In this document: positions 39,783-52,589 of the stretch, piece after piece
How the letters are laid out: each line of letters starts with the position of its first letter
Position numbering within the stretch: position 1 is the stretch's first letter
Assembly (NCBI RefSeq): GCF_009914755.1
Contig: NC_060931.1
Source: the human T2T-CHM13v2.0 reference genome, Homo sapiens
DNA length: 64,000 bases
Direction: 5' to 3' (one strand)
Notes under the pieces: generated by a model
Told to the model about the DNA's origin: nothing
The model's input: the letters and a program-made list of their open reading frames with translations, nothing else
Database searches by the model: none
Made by a program: the position numbers and the translations under genes

Positions 39783-41062
39783 TTCTAGTGGTGCAGAAGT
39801 AATTGCGATTTTGGACTGTGAATTTTAAATCATTATATCTGGGCTCAAACACATCTTTATTAATTAAAATAGGAGCCATTACAATCAATGCATTTTTGCC
39901 AATGAGAAATGAATTTGTTTATCCCTGTAGTGTAAAAATCCACGCTTTGGGATTCAACAAACTCTTGGAGAGCACTTTCTGCATCCTGCTGGTTGTGGAA
40001 GCATTTTCCCTGCAAAAAGTTGTTGAGATGCTTGAAGAAGTGGTAGTTGGTTGGTGAAAGGTCAGGTGAATATAGCAGATGAGGCAAAACTTCACAGCCC
40101 AATTCATTCAAATTTTGAGGCATTGCTTGTGCGATGTGCAGTTGGGTGTTGCCATGGAGAAGAACTGAGCTCTTTCTGTTGATCAGTGCCGGGTGCAGAC
40201 ATTGCAGTGTTCAGCACATCTCATCAATTTGCTGAGCATACTTCTCAGATGTAATGGTTTTGCTGGGATTCAGAAAGCTGTAGTGGATCAGACTGGCATC
40301 CAACCACCAAACAGTGACCATGGCTTTATTTTGGTGCAAATTTGGCTTTGGAAAGTGCTTTGGAGCTTCTTGGTCCAACCACTGTGCTGGTCATCACCAG
40401 TTGTCGTATAGAATCTATTTTTTGTTGCATGTCACAATCTGATTGAGAAATGGTTTGTTGTTGTTGCACAGAATAAGAGAAGACAACACTTAAAATGACA
40501 ATTTTTAAAAAATTTTTGGTCAGCTCATTGGCACCCACTTATTGAGCTTTTTCACCTTTCCAATTTGCTTCAAATGCCAAACAACCATAGAATGGTCGAC
40601 GTTGAATTCTTTGGCAACTTTTTGTGTAGTTGTAAGAGGATCAGCTTCAATGATTGCTCTCAACTGACCATTGTCAACTTCTGATGTCCGGCTACTACGC
40701 TTCTTATCTTCAAAGCTCTCGACTCCTTTGCAAAACTTACTGAACTACCACTGCATTGTATGCCCATTACAGTCCCTGGGCCAAATGCATTATTGATGTG
40801 AGTTGTCTCTGTTGCTTTATGATCCATTTTGAACTTGAATAAGAAAATCACTTGATTTTGCTTTTTGTCTATCATCATTTCCATAGTCTAAAATAAATGT
40901 AAAATAAACAGCAAGTAACAGGTCATTAGCCAAAAAACATAAAGCGAGAACTGCACATTAAAATGATGTATAGCATAACCACATTTATTTAAGAACATAT
41001 TCCAATATCAATCTGCAAATTTCAACAATGCAAAAATCACAATTACTGTTGCACCAACCTAA
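39783..41062 (-). mobile_element. near full-length Hsmar1 mariner transposon
   Basis: 1280 bp, TIRs at both ends (GGTGCAGAAGTAATTGCG / CAATTACTGTTGCACCAACCTAA), TA TSDs. Confidence 0.96.
39860..40884 (-). pseudogene. Hsmar1 transposase remnant (SETMAR-homologous), frameshifted, with stops
   Basis: N-term MEMMIDKKQ..IFLFKFKM..NNAFGPGT; C-term YSPDLSPTNYHFFKHLNNFLQGK..WQKCIDCNGSYF; internal TAG at 40415-40417. Confidence 0.95.
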
Positions 41063-41356
41063 TACATTTAGCAGATAAAAGAGAAACTGTTCTTGCTAAG
41101 GTAGAAAAAATGCACTCAGAGCCCTGTCTACCTAACTTCTTTATTTAAACTTTCACCCCAATCACACACTCACACTGCATACAAAAAGCAAACATATTCA
41201 TACACATATATTCCTTAGGGCCCTGTAGAACATCATTTGAACATGACCAATTAACACTAAGTAAACAATGCAAGACAATTAATGATTAACTTACAAAACG
41301 AGTGGTATCATTCAGAGATGGAAGATATTAATATCCACAAGGGACATTTTATGGCC

Positions 41357-41780
41357 TGTGTATAATTTATCTATTGCTGTGTAATAAATGCCCTAAAACT
41401 TAGAAGCTTAAAAGAATAACATTTATTATCTTACAGTTACAGTGGGTTAGGAAACTGAGCATAGCTTAGTGCGGTCTTCCAGTTCAGGGACTCTTGCAAA
41501 TCTTCAAGGTGCAGACAAGAGCTGCAGTCATCTCAAGTTCTACTGTACAGTATGTGCTCATAAGTTCTTTGTTTTTGATAGGATTCTTTCAATTCTGAGA
41601 TTGCAGGATCATTCAAGTTCATTGCAGGACTTTGGATGGGGTACATCCATTCTTCTCTGACGATTGCTTGTCTCAGTTGCTTGCCAGTTGGGCCCTTCCA
41701 TGAGGCAGCTCAGAGAATAGCAGCTGGCTTCATCATAGTGAAAGATAGCACAAAGGAGTATGAACAAGATGGAAGTCACC
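41357..41780 (-). mobile_element. MLT1F-like LTR
   Basis: TATCTATTGCTGTGTAATAAATGCCCTAAAACTTAG..GCTGCAGTCATCTCAAG..GCAGCTGGCTTC..CAAGATGGAAGTCAC. Confidence 0.75.
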
Positions 41781-43574
41781 ATTTCACAAATATAAAAAAT
41801 CTATACATTTATAATCAATATTATTTAAGCTCTTAAACATGAGAAATGTTTTACCAGTTATACTGATTCAGGTGATTTTTGTGTTTAAAAACTTTTCAGA
41901 CTTTTTGTATTTTTAGACTTTTTTTCTGTCCAGAAACTTAATGACTATTTGTCTTTAAAATATTCTACACTTCACATATCTAAGTTCTATGGAATATTTC
42001 ATAAATTCGAAGGAGAAACAGGAAGTTGATGGGAGATGTGATGATGCCATTAGGCAAAGCTTAATGTCTTATGTTAAAGGTAATCACATTTCCCTCTTTG
42101 AGGTGTGTGCACTGACTCTATTCCTGCCATAATATTGAGTCCCACAACCACACACTGATGAAGAGCCGGAACCATTGTCAGGGGTACTTACTTATCACTT
42201 CAGAACAAATTATCCTAAAAAGAACGAGACCAGAAAGCAGGTTGCTGTGAATTGGATGTTGACATGGCAATGAGATAATGTGAAGTGAGCAGCTGTGGGT
42301 AATAGGATAACTGATACTAAGTGATCTACATGAATGTCATGCAAACAAGGCACACTTTGAAAACTGAGTTCTCTCTTGCATAACCCTTACTGAATTCCAC
42401 ACGCAGGATTTCTAAATGCAAGACAATGGAATTCTTTCAGAAGCACTTCAGTAATCATGCCTCATTTTCTCAAGGAGAAACAGAGAGCAGCAAATAAAAA
42501 GAGCTGCATTTTCCTAAAAGAAAAGAAAGTACTGGATTAATTAAGGGTTTGATGCTTTTCTTCTAATACTTTTCCTGAAACATCTGGAATCGCAGAGCTG
42601 GAAGGTAGTGTTAGGCCTTAAAATATTTTTGCCTTTCCAGAGAAGGAGTCTTTTTAAGAACAGAAAAGCCTGGGGACTGGGGTGAAATCTATTGCACAGG
42701 AATCCTTGGGCTGCCTCACCTCTCCAAGAGCTCTTTGCATGTTGCTTGGGACCAGCCTATAAATTTTATCAACATTCTCTCTCTCCTACTTTTGTCTGAA
42801 TTTACATCATATTTTCCCCAATTTGGATCCTTACAATCCATCATTCACCATACTAGTGCATTCTACTGGCCACTACTGATTCTTCATACAACAGTTACTT
42901 TAATATATGTGGCTCAGTGTTGCCCCTAGTGGGAGATCTTGCTATTGCCTCCTTCCCACCTCCACCCTATGTCCTCCCACTCCACCACTCACATCCTGTT
43001 CCTTGTTGGTTGCCCGTTAGCTTTCTGCTGGACCCTCAAGAGACCACTGGAGCTCCTATCTGCACTGCACTGAAAATTGCCCGGCCTTGAAAAATATTGC
43101 CCTGCCAGTCTGCTCTTCCAAGGACTTAATGAGCCCCTTAAAAGTATTCTGTTTTTACTCTCCTTTGGAAAACTGACTTCAAACAGTCATACAAATTTTG
43201 ATAGTGATATCTCTTCCCAGCTCCCTGAGATTTCCTTGCTTCAAAAGGCAAGGCCCTTTAATGTTACAGCTTTCTTATCCCTCCCTCTGTGTACAAGATT
43301 TAAGACATTGCTTAGGGGAAAGCCCGTGTGGAGTATTTCAACCCTGATTATCGTCACATTCTAAGACATGGTGCTTTCAGGTGCTGGAATAAGGGACATG
43401 CCACTACCCCCATAAATCTTTGGATTTCTTGTGTCTTGCATACAATTACGTTCTTTAGGAAAAGAGCCCAGATTTGTTGTTTCTGTAATCATGTTTCTGC
43501 TGTCCTCAGAGTCCTACAATGACCACTCATAGTACAGTTAATTCCTGGAGGACAAAGTCACTCAGGCACATGCT

Positions 43575-43919
43575 TGATATGGGTTGGCTGTGTCCCCACC
43601 CAAATCTCATTTTGAATTCCCACGTGTTATGGGAGGAACCCAGTGGGAGGTAGTTGAATCATGGGGGCAGGTCTTTCCCCTACTGTTCTCATGATAGTCA
43701 ATAAGTCTCACGAGATCTGATGGTTTTAAAAAAAGGAGAGTTTCCCTGTACATCTCTCTTCTCTTGTCTTCCATCATGTGAGACATGCCTTTCACCTTCC
43801 ACCATGATTGTGAGGCCTCCCCAGCCATGTGGAATCGTAAGTCTAATGAACCTCTTTCTTTTGTAAATTGCCCAGTCTCGGGTATGTCTTTATCGGCAGA
43901 GTGAAAATGGACTAATACA
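43575..43919 (+). mobile_element. THE1A/B solo LTR
   Basis: TGATATGG..TGTGTCCCCACCCAAATCTC...GGACTAATACA; TSD ATGCT/ATGTT. Confidence 0.95.
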
Positions 43920-44595
43920 ATGTTCTAAGGTTTTCTACCTCTCTTTATCTTAAAGAGTAAAACCTATAAGGTTAAATACTATATTGGGTGGCTCAGAAAG
44001 TTAGAAAGCAATGGGAAATAAAGTACTAATGTAAAAAGGATTTTGAAGAGATATCCCAACATGAACTATAGTCAATAGGAAAATGGCATGGTCAAGGTGA
44101 AGATTGAGATATGCTTCAAAGGAAGAGCAGTTGACTAAGAATAGGAACAGGCAGGAGGGATGAATAACCATATATATCTATGTGATTTGAGCACTCAATA
44201 TAGGCTAAAGACACTGACTCTTGTTCATTGTAATAAAAAGACAATATTTTTGTGTGTTCTTAGAAAATTAATGGCTTTACAATTATGCAGTCTGTTTTTG
44301 GAATGTCAAGTTGAATACTTCACAGTAAGAGAAGAAAAACAAGTTAGTTCGTAACTCAGGAGAGTGGTGTAATGGGAAATTTCATCCTTTGTATAATGCA
44401 TATTATTGTGGTTTTTGAAATCCAAAATATTGAAATAAATCTCTCTATATCCATATGCAACTATCTATTCAGAAGGAGACTACATCAGGATATAAATACA
44501 ATTAATTCATTACAAAGAACAAAAAAACTTTTAAAGGCAGACATTTGATGTTTTGCCCATTCTTTTCATTTGTAAGTACATGTAATTTATGACAC

Positions 44596-45103
44596 TGTCA
44601 AAGGTCTTCAGAGAAACAGAAACAATAGAATGTGTAGATAGGTAGGTAGGTAGCTAGCTAGCTAGCTAGATAGATACGGATATAGATATATAGATATAGA
44701 TATAGATATAGATGAAGATATAGATAGATTTATTTTAAGGAATTGTCTCACATAATTATGGAAACCAGCAAGTCCAAATTCTTCAAGATGGGGAGGCAGT
44801 CTGAAGGCTGTCAGGCGGGAGATTCAAGAAAAGATGATATTGCAATTCAAATCCAAAGGGACTCTGCTGCAGCATCCACTCTTGTTGAGGGTAGGACAGT
44901 TCTTTTTTTTTTTTAATCTGGACATTCAATTGATTGAATGAAACCCACCCACATTACATAGAGTAATCTGCTTTACTCAGAGTCCACCAGTTTAAATGTC
45001 AGTCTCATCCAAAATGTCCTCACAAAAACATACAAAATAATGTTTGGCAACGTAATCTGGGTACCATGCCTAACCTAGATGACACTCAAAATTAACTATT
45101 AGA
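44596..45103 (-). mobile_element. MLT2-family (ERVL) LTR containing a (TAGG)(TAGC)(GATATA) microsatellite at 44637-44728
   Basis: CAGAGAAACAGAA..TTTATTTTAAGGAATTG..CCCACCCACATT..AATCTGCTTTACTCA..AAAATTAAC. Confidence 0.85.
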
Positions 45104-45104
45104 G

Positions 45105-45112
45105 ACACTTGG

Positions 45113-45158
<46 letters not shown>

Positions 45159-45270
45159 CATATATATATATGAAACATATATACATGAAACTATATATAT
45201 GAAACATATATATGAAACATATATGAAACATATATATATGAAACCAAGTGTATATATGTATGTATATATC
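45105..45270. repeat. (TA)n / (ATATGAAAC)n repeat bounded by inverted arms
   Basis: Direct read. Confidence 0.93.
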
Positions 45271-45442
45271 CTGTAATCCTAATGATAGTGGATAAGTCAT
45301 TCAGCTCATTTTTCCAGTCCGCAGTCTTATGTATAATGAGAAGACAAGATTTTTAAGTTTCATCCTATTCTAACCTTACCATGTCCTTTTCCCTAATACA
45401 GTGTCTTTCTCATTTTTCTACCCCTCTTCCCCACAAAGATAA

Positions 45443-45726
45443 TTTTTTTTTTTGAGGTGGAGTCTCTCTCTGTCACTCAGGCTGGAGTGCAGTGGCGTGA
45501 TCTTGGCTCACTGCAACCTCTGCCTCCTGGGTTCAAACAATTCTCCTCTTGACTAGCTGGGAGTACAGGCACGTGCCACCATGCCCAGCTAATTTTTTAT
45601 ACTTTTAGTAGAGATGGGGTTTAACCATATTGGCCAGGCTGGTTTTGAACACATGACCTCAAATGATCCACCCACCTCAGCCTCCCAAATTGCTGGGATT
45701 ACAGGTGTGAGCCACAGTGCCTGGCC
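45443..45726 (-). mobile_element. AluS
   Basis: Alu reverse complement with small internal deletion; TSD CCCACAAA(G/T)ATAATTTT. Confidence 0.95.
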
Positions 45727-46624
45727 TCCCACAAATATAATTTTATAGATATATAACTGTTCCAGCAGAAGCAGGTGATAATTAATGGATCTAATTGTAA
45801 GAGGCTGACACCAATGATGGCTCGTTTTTATCTATGTGAAGATAATATTCTCATCCATTGTTGGAAGAATGTTTGAGCTGAGTTGCCTTTTAATACATGC
45901 TGATAGGCTTGAGCTCTCTTATCCTCATTTTATCAACGGGTTTACCTTAAAGCGAAAAGTACACATAATGAGAACACTTGCTATTATTTTAGTATAGGCT
46001 GTGCCTTTAGAACAGAGATAACTGGCATCTGGGAAATTTAAAGACCTTATTCACATTAGAGCTGTGTTCTCTAATCAACTGAGTGTGCGAGGCTAATGAT
46101 CTAAGGTTTGTCTGCATGGCTATCTCACTAGGATTCATGGAAAAAAATAGCTTACTAATTAAAATACCAATCTCAAAAGGCATAATGATGTTAAACAGAT
46201 CCTATCAAAATTTGTAACTTCAGACATGAACACTACATGCAAAGTTGCTAAGAGCACTTGGCTTTTCTGAATTAAGGAACAGAAAAGTAGGGCATTAGGA
46301 AGTATAAGTATAAACTTATTTAAATTTCACAATTATTAATACATAGTCCTATGTTTCTTATGTTTGCAAATAAGTTTCTGCTGTCACTAATCAGAAATGG
46401 TAATGACCAGTATGTTTTAAAAAAACAAAGTGAACTTTTCTTCCTAGAGTGCAAGGGCATCACTGAAGGTTGAGCCAGTGCCACACAGATGCTTGGCTCT
46501 GGGGATTTCCCTAAGACTCTGCCCTGTGCATACATCCTTGGACTCACTGTCTTCATAAATAGCTTAATTGTCTTAGTGGGAAAGCATGTGAAGCAGCTGG
46601 AAAGATTTCTTAAAAAGGATTATC

Positions 46625-46983
<359 letters not shown>

Positions 46984-48665
46984 TTACACTCATATTTCTT
47001 TAAGAAAATTATTTATAATGTGGGCATTGTCTAGTATGAAATAATTTTAAAATAAATAGATACGTTTTAATTTTATAATTAAGGAAATCTAAGTTTCAGT
47101 CATTGCATTGTAGAATTAATTTAGCTAACTTTACCCAAAAGATCTATGTGATATTTGTGTAAGATTTGTGGAGACAGTCTTCCTTAAAAATAATTATGTT
47201 GAGGTCATTTATCACAGAATATTAGAACATTCCAAAATTGTAACCAAAATTGACTTATCAAAACTCAGAAAGTTTAACTAAAATTAATTCTCAAATAACA
47301 AATAGGCGTGTTATGAACATTGCATGAATTTTATGTCCTTAGAGAATAAATCTTCACATGCAACAATGGTCTTTGAAATGTGCTCATTTCTTGTAAAAGA
47401 AAAATTGTACACTGCAAATATAATGAATAGCAACACCAAATATACTTGAAGCAAGACTTATGGTGCTTGAGCCATCAAGATTCTCCTGTTTAACCTAACG
47501 TTGTTGCTTTTGAAATCTGAAATTTTTTAAATATGTCATATTGATGATGGATCCAGAATCCTAAAGTCATTTTACAGTCTACAGAAAAAGTAAATATTCT
47601 GTTAACTGCTATGTAACAGTCAGTTAACTGTTGAACTGCTATGTGTCAGTTATGTAACTGGTCCAGTTAAATAAATATCCAAATATGTGTGTGTCTAAAT
47701 TTTGAGTTCTTTTATTATAAAGTTATGCCTATAAGATCACCCCAAATTATCTTTAAATTCAATTCAGTAAGCATTTTTCAGTTTTTTTTCCTCCACTAAC
47801 ATGTGGACAAAAAAATGCATGAATTGAGTATAACACTGCTGACCATTTTCTCTGTGATACGTCTGTTGCTTTTCAGTTTAGCTTTCACATAGGCCTCTGG
47901 CAATAACCTTATTTCTGTGATTGTATTTGTACCTCTCTCTTTTCTGGCTTCATTTTGCAAGGGAAAGCAATAGGTTCTTTCTCCCCTAGGTTAGATGCAT
48001 TCTCTCCCGGGACTCTCATCTTCTATATGGATTCAGTTGTATAGAAATGACTGTTCTCTCTAGCTCATTCATCCTGATAAGCCACACTCTCTTAAGTGCC
48101 ATATATTCTGCTTGCCATATGATTTTGTGCTTATAGCACAAATCACTTTTGCACTGTTATAAACAAGCAAAGGTTTATTGATGATATGTGATGAGATGTC
48201 CAATAAAAAATGTTTAAACTCACAAGAAATAATCAGATAGTATTTCTTACATTCCAAAGATCTGCCATGGGATCCTTTAACTATGGAATTTCTATGACAA
48301 TTATTAATTTCTATCATTTAGTCGTAAACATGTTACCTGATTCCTTCATTAGGAAATCACTTATTATCAACTTTATAGGTAGAATTATAGATAAGATTCT
48401 AGGAAACTGTAAAAATTTAAGATAAATAATAATTTAATTTGTCAATTTAGAAGTACCCTCCTACATCTCAATATTAACAACCATATTTTCTTCTATACAG
48501 TGCACAGAATTAATATAGTATACAATTTGAAGTTGCCTTTTAAATGTAGGAAATTAACTTATTTCTTACAGTTATTACAGAAAATTGACAGAAAGAGCTC
48601 ATGATGAAGGCTAATGCATCATAGTGAAGACTGAGACATCATAGGCTGATTCTTGTGGATGTAAC

Positions 48666-49104
48666 TGCTAAGGTCTGAGTATGTCCCCCAAAGTTTATAT
48701 GTTAAACCCTAATTGCCCGTGTAATAGTATTAAAAAGTAGGGCCTTTAGAAGGTGATTAAGTCATGGGGGCAGACCCCTCATGGAATTAGAGACCCTTAT
48801 GAAAAGGAACCTGGGAGTGGGTTCATTCTCCTCTGCACTTCTGCCATGTGAGGTGACAGCATTTGTCCTCTTTGGCCTTTCTGCTCCTTCTACCTTGTGA
48901 GGACGTAGCCTTCATCCTCTCCAGAGGAAGTAGCAGTCAAGGCACCATCTTGGAAGCACAAAGCAACCCTCGCCAGACACCAGACCTGTCGACGCCTTGA
49001 TCTTGTATTTCTTAGCCTCTAGAGCTGTGAGAAATACCTTTCTATTGTTTATAAATTACCCAGTCTGTGGTATTCTGTTATAGTAGCACAAACAAACTAA
49101 GGCA
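48666..49104 (+). mobile_element. MSTC/D-like MaLR solo LTR
   Basis: TGCTAAGGTCTGAGTATGTCCCCCAAAG...AACTAAGGCA; TSD GTAAC. Confidence 0.9.
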
Positions 49105-49139
49105 GTAACAAAAGCTCATCTAACAGGAAGAGAAGGCTC

Positions 49140-49562
49140 TATTTTCTCTCCCCTGCTTCATCTTGTGACACTCTTGCTCTTACTCTCTGCTCCAGCAACC
49201 CCTTCTTACAGTTCCTCAAATGGGTCAAGCTTTTTCTTGCCTCAGGGTGTTTGTATATGCTGTTCTCTCTGATTGAAATGCCCTCCCTCCTTACTCTTCA
49301 CCTAGGTAATTCTCACTCATACTTCAGAAAGGACTTTAGTCAGCCTCCCAATCTAAATAAAATCTCCTTATTATTATTCACTTTCATTGAATCTGTTTTT
49401 TCCACTTTAGTTTTCTTCAAATTTGGTTATCATTTATTTCCTTATATGTTTATCGTACTCTAAACTGCAAATTCTATGAAGCCAGGGTAAGTGTTTCATC
49501 ATTATGACTGCAGTACCTAACACATTTTAAGTACTCAGTAAGCATTTATTGAATGAATGAAA
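49140..49562 (+). mobile_element. L2 3' end
   Basis: TGCCTCAGGG..TGCTGTTCTCTCTG..GTACTCAGTAAGCATTTATTGAATGAATGA. Confidence 0.75.
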
Positions 49563-50269
49563 AATTTAATAATTATGGGAATTTCAACTCTCTGAATAGT
49601 TCCTGTAAGATGCTTAAAGAGGAGGATAGGATAAAATCTTGACCTACGTTTCTGACAACCTCATTTCTTAAAGAGTAGGTGAAGTAATATGAGCATTTGC
49701 CTTCATTGATATAGATATGATAAATAAGTACTCTTTAGTAATAAAAACCTTAGAGGAATATAGAAATAGAAAGGGAAGACATTAGTAAACATTGCTATAA
49801 AGGTGTATTTACAGACTCATCTGTAAAATGGGAAAAAGACCTGTCCTGCATATATCATATAGTTTTTGTGGAGGTCAAATAAGCTAAGGTAGATAAGTAA
49901 ACTTTGGAAACTGAAAAGCCTTATATCACTATAACATGATAGTAGCAGTTAAAGCCAGATTTAAAGAAAGAACATTTCAAATATTCAAATAAATAATAGA
50001 TATCAAATGAAGAAAAAGGCTTTTAAAAATAGAAATCAAAGTTTATATTTTTAGATTAAGTCATTTTATTTTAACTTGAAAATAATGTATTAAAAAAGTT
50101 ATACAATTATAAATTTGGAATTGTCTTAATTTTATTGGTCATAATCATTTTTAACATTTTATAGATATTTTGAATTTAATTTTTGTTTTTATTAAGAAAA
50201 TTGGTGCTCTGTAATTTTATTTTTACTTAATGATATCATTCTTAATGGATAAATAGTATTTCCTATGTT

Positions 50270-50620
50270 AAGCTATTCATTCATTCTTGCATCTGTTCAC
50301 TGATCCAGTAATTGTTCATTGAGCACCTACTCTATATAAAGTACTATGCTTGGTCCTGGAAAGATGGTAGGGTAGTCAATATAGAACATAACAAACAAAT
50401 TACTCCCTTAAACATTTAGTTCTGGTGCTGACAAATGCTGGAAAGAAAGGTACATGCTGCAAGTGCATTTAATCTGATGACCTAGTTGGAGACTGCGAAG
50501 TTAGGGAAGACATATTTTGGGATGAGGTTTGAAAGAGGAGGAGGAGAGGTTAACTAAGCAAATAATCAGAAGACTGGCATATAGAAAGGCCTAAATGAAG
50601 AAAGGTACAGGTAAATGGAG
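50270..50620 (-). mobile_element. L2 fragment
   Basis: ATTCATTCATT..ATTGAGCACCTACTCTAT..GTACTATGCT. Confidence 0.6.
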
Positions 50621-51584
50621 TGATTTTCAGAATGGAAACATCTGACAATTGAACCAAAATTTAAAAAAAATGAAATTCTGAACATCTTGAAAATAATTCC
50701 ACTTAGGAAAAACTAGAGAGTAGCATTAAATAAATGAAAAACAAGAAGATCTTTTAAACTCAAATTTTAGAAGAATACCTAAAAATTATGAAAGAAGAGA
50801 CATATAATTAAATCTTATTCAAAGATCAACTCAAATGGTCTACAATTTGGGGCACCTTCTGTCATCTCCTATGCATAATTCAATTGGGATATCAAACTGA
50901 GCTGATACAGTATAGTTATTTTCTACCTTTTGGAAATACGTCATACTAGTTATTGCATAGACTCCCCAAATTATTGCATAAATCCCAAAACATGGACTAC
51001 ACACTGTCTTCATAGATGTGTTTCTCTGAATTATTTCTCACATGTATGTAGATGAGTTGTTAGGTATAATAAAATACAAATAAATTTAAAGGCATTACTT
51101 CTCCCTGAGAACTAAGCCATCCACTTCTCCTCCTAGCTATGTCACTGAAGCTTAGGCTACCTGACTTGCACTATCAAGATATTACTTCCAGGCTCATTGG
51201 TACTCTCTTCAATTTTGTTTGTCATAATCCTTAATGAAATTTAATATTCCCATAGAGAATCCTTACAGCGTCTTGATCTCTTGGTTACTTGACATACTTT
51301 CCCCTTCCTTCATCCTAACACTGCCATTTGTTACTTATCTTCACTGATCCTTATCTTCACTCAATCAATTTCAAATTCTCACATTCTTCTATAATAGGGA
51401 GATATTCATGGACAGATCATTCTCTTTGGGAATATTTTAAGAATTAAGGAATATATTATGTTTAAATTTGCAAAGTAATTTAGGACTAACAAAACATCTT
51501 CTCCGGCATTATGCCTTAGATCTTTCATTGGACAGCTCTTGTCCAGTTCCTCTTGCAACTCTGATAATTAATAAAGTTCAAGTT

Positions 51585-51944
51585 TGATATGATTTGGCTC
51601 TGTGACTCCACCCAAATCTCATCTCTAATTGTAATCCCCATGTGTCAGAGGAGGGGCTTGTTGGGGGGTGACTGGATCATGGAGGTGGTTTCCCCTATGC
51701 TGTTCTCATGATAGTGAGAGGGTTCTCATGAGATCTGATGGTTTAAAAGTGGCATTTTCCCCTGCACACTCTCTCTTCTGCCACCATGTGAGACGTGCCT
51801 TACTCCCTTTCACCTTCACCATGATTGTAACTTTCCTGAGGCCTCTCCAGCCATATGGAACTGTGAGTCAGTTAAACCTTTTTTGTTTGTAAATTACACA
51901 GTTTCAGGTAGTATCTTTATAGGGTGTGAAAATAGATGAATGCA
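51585..51944 (+). mobile_element. THE1D/MSTA-like solo LTR
   Basis: TGATATGATTTGGCTCTGTG...AATGCA; TSD AAGTT. Confidence 0.92.
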
Positions 51945-52589
51945 AAGTTTTGGCTCATATTCTTGAATTAGAATAGTATCAGATGTCCTATAAAATTACT
52001 TGAACCTTGGTCATGTACTTCCTTGATATTCTATGTGAGTCATAAAACCAACTTTTCAGAAAAAAAAACATCCAAAAACTAGACTTCTGCCTATTTAAGC
52101 AATGAGGTAAACCAAAGAAAGTAGAGGAAGGAGGAGGATCTCAAAAGGTAAGAAAACTTATAATTGGAACAGAAAACACATATGTTGCTAGAACTGGGGA
52201 AGAATGACGTTGTGATAAACAGTTAATATTTTGCTACTAAGCTTGTTACACTGTTTTGTAAACCTTAAGATATTGCAATATTGCTCCAAGTATTCAACTT
52301 CTGTTCTGCACTCTAAATGGCTTAGAGCCAGAAAAACTTCTTTAATTCACAGATTTAAGCATTTAATAGGTCCTCTCTATAAATTGTGATTAGATGGCTT
52401 TTTTTTTTCATGATTCAACTATTTCAATAATAAATGTCAGCACAGGACACTACATAAATTAATACCTGTGTAAGGAAAAAAGTTTGATTTCTCATGGCAG
52501 AGAGCTATCCTGAAACTCAATAAAATATTGAAGAGTATTTGTGTTTTCTAAAGCATAGACAGGTGTTTTTTCATTGCCATTCTGCTATC

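Noticed and set aside
39860-40884. SETMAR gene or an active transposase
   Set aside because: No SET-domain exons, and it carries frameshifts, a stop codon and a destroyed catalytic triad.
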